From IMG/VR virus record IMGVR_UViG_3300044267_003748, positions 1 through 25,871 of that record: a stretch of 25,871 bases of DNA. One strand, 5' to 3'. Below the pieces are notes generated by a model. That model was not told the origin of the DNA. It ran no database searches and saw only the letters and a list, made by a program, of their open reading frames with translations. The position numbers and the translations under genes were made by a program. This DNA is from a virus (lineage: Duplodnaviria > Caudoviricetes). Shown here in pieces: positions 25,531 through 25,871 of the stretch. Position 1 is the stretch's first letter. The number at the start of each line of letters is the position of its first letter.

Positions 25531-25871
25531 ATGGCACTTATAAATATAACATTAACATTTTCTTTCCCATTAAACGTCTCTGTTCAAGTTGGAGATACAG
25601 CTTACTATGTACCAACTACAGACGTGCCACAAGTACATAACGCACCTTTATCAACACCACAAGTATGGGCTGGAACAACAACACCACACGATACTCAAAG
25701 TGGAGATATTATAGAAATAGGAGTTATAACAAATATAGATCAATGGGATGGAAATCAATCTTCAATTGATTGTGATATGGAAGACACAACGGTACCACCA
25801 ACTTTAGCTGATTTTATATTTTTTAGTAAAGATAATAAGGCTAATTTAAGTAGTTTACTAGGTTATTATGC
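25531..25871 (+). CDS. Tail-associated protein, 3'-truncated (not in ORF track)
   Basis: Open from ATG 25531 to the window end: MALINITLTFSFPLNVSVQVGDTAYYVP...FIFFSKDNKANLSSLLGYY. Confidence 0.8.
   Translation, partial: MALINITLTFSFPLNVSVQVGDTAYYVPTTDVPQVHNAPLSTPQVWAGTTTPHDTQSGDIIEIGVITNIDQWDGNQSSIDCDMEDTTVPPTLADFIFFSKDNKANLSSLLGYY

Noticed and set aside
1-25871. Stop-codon reassignment as in some crAss-like phages
   Set aside because: Long genes are intact in the standard code. TGA ends genes at coupled junctions (1002, 4524, 5331). The single TAG stop (4201) is followed by TAA after two more codons.
1-25871. tRNA, rRNA or large ncRNA genes
   Set aside because: Intergenic gaps are under ~90 nt once the two small ORFs are added, and none shows a cloverleaf or T-loop motif.

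Overview
AT-rich, densely packed, all plus-strand late-gene region of a tailed dsDNA bacteriophage. Gene order and motifs fit a podovirus-type, crAss-related (Crassvirales-like or Cellulophaga-phage-like) phage of Bacteroidota, probably marine Flavobacteriia. Starts lack Shine-Dalgarno sites and have A/T-rich leaders. Order: a partial ORF, four small ORFs with a shared N-terminal leader (one an HExxH zincin), 3TM holin, putative structural and LamG proteins, small hypotheticals, a tandem GroES-like protein, small and large terminase, portal, scaffold, major capsid protein, two tail ring/adaptor proteins, a 2579-aa muzzle/tail-stabilisation protein with a Cys-rich adhesin-like extension, a 658-aa tail-region protein and a truncated final ORF. 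Two signals stand out. (1) The 658-aa protein has an anchorless flavobacterial TonB/TolA C-terminal-like domain. (2) The MPFKMKG-FP leader, also repeated at DNA level, sits on unrelated small proteins and is a candidate capsid-targeting or cassette system. All family assignments come from motif recognition by eye; no searches were run.
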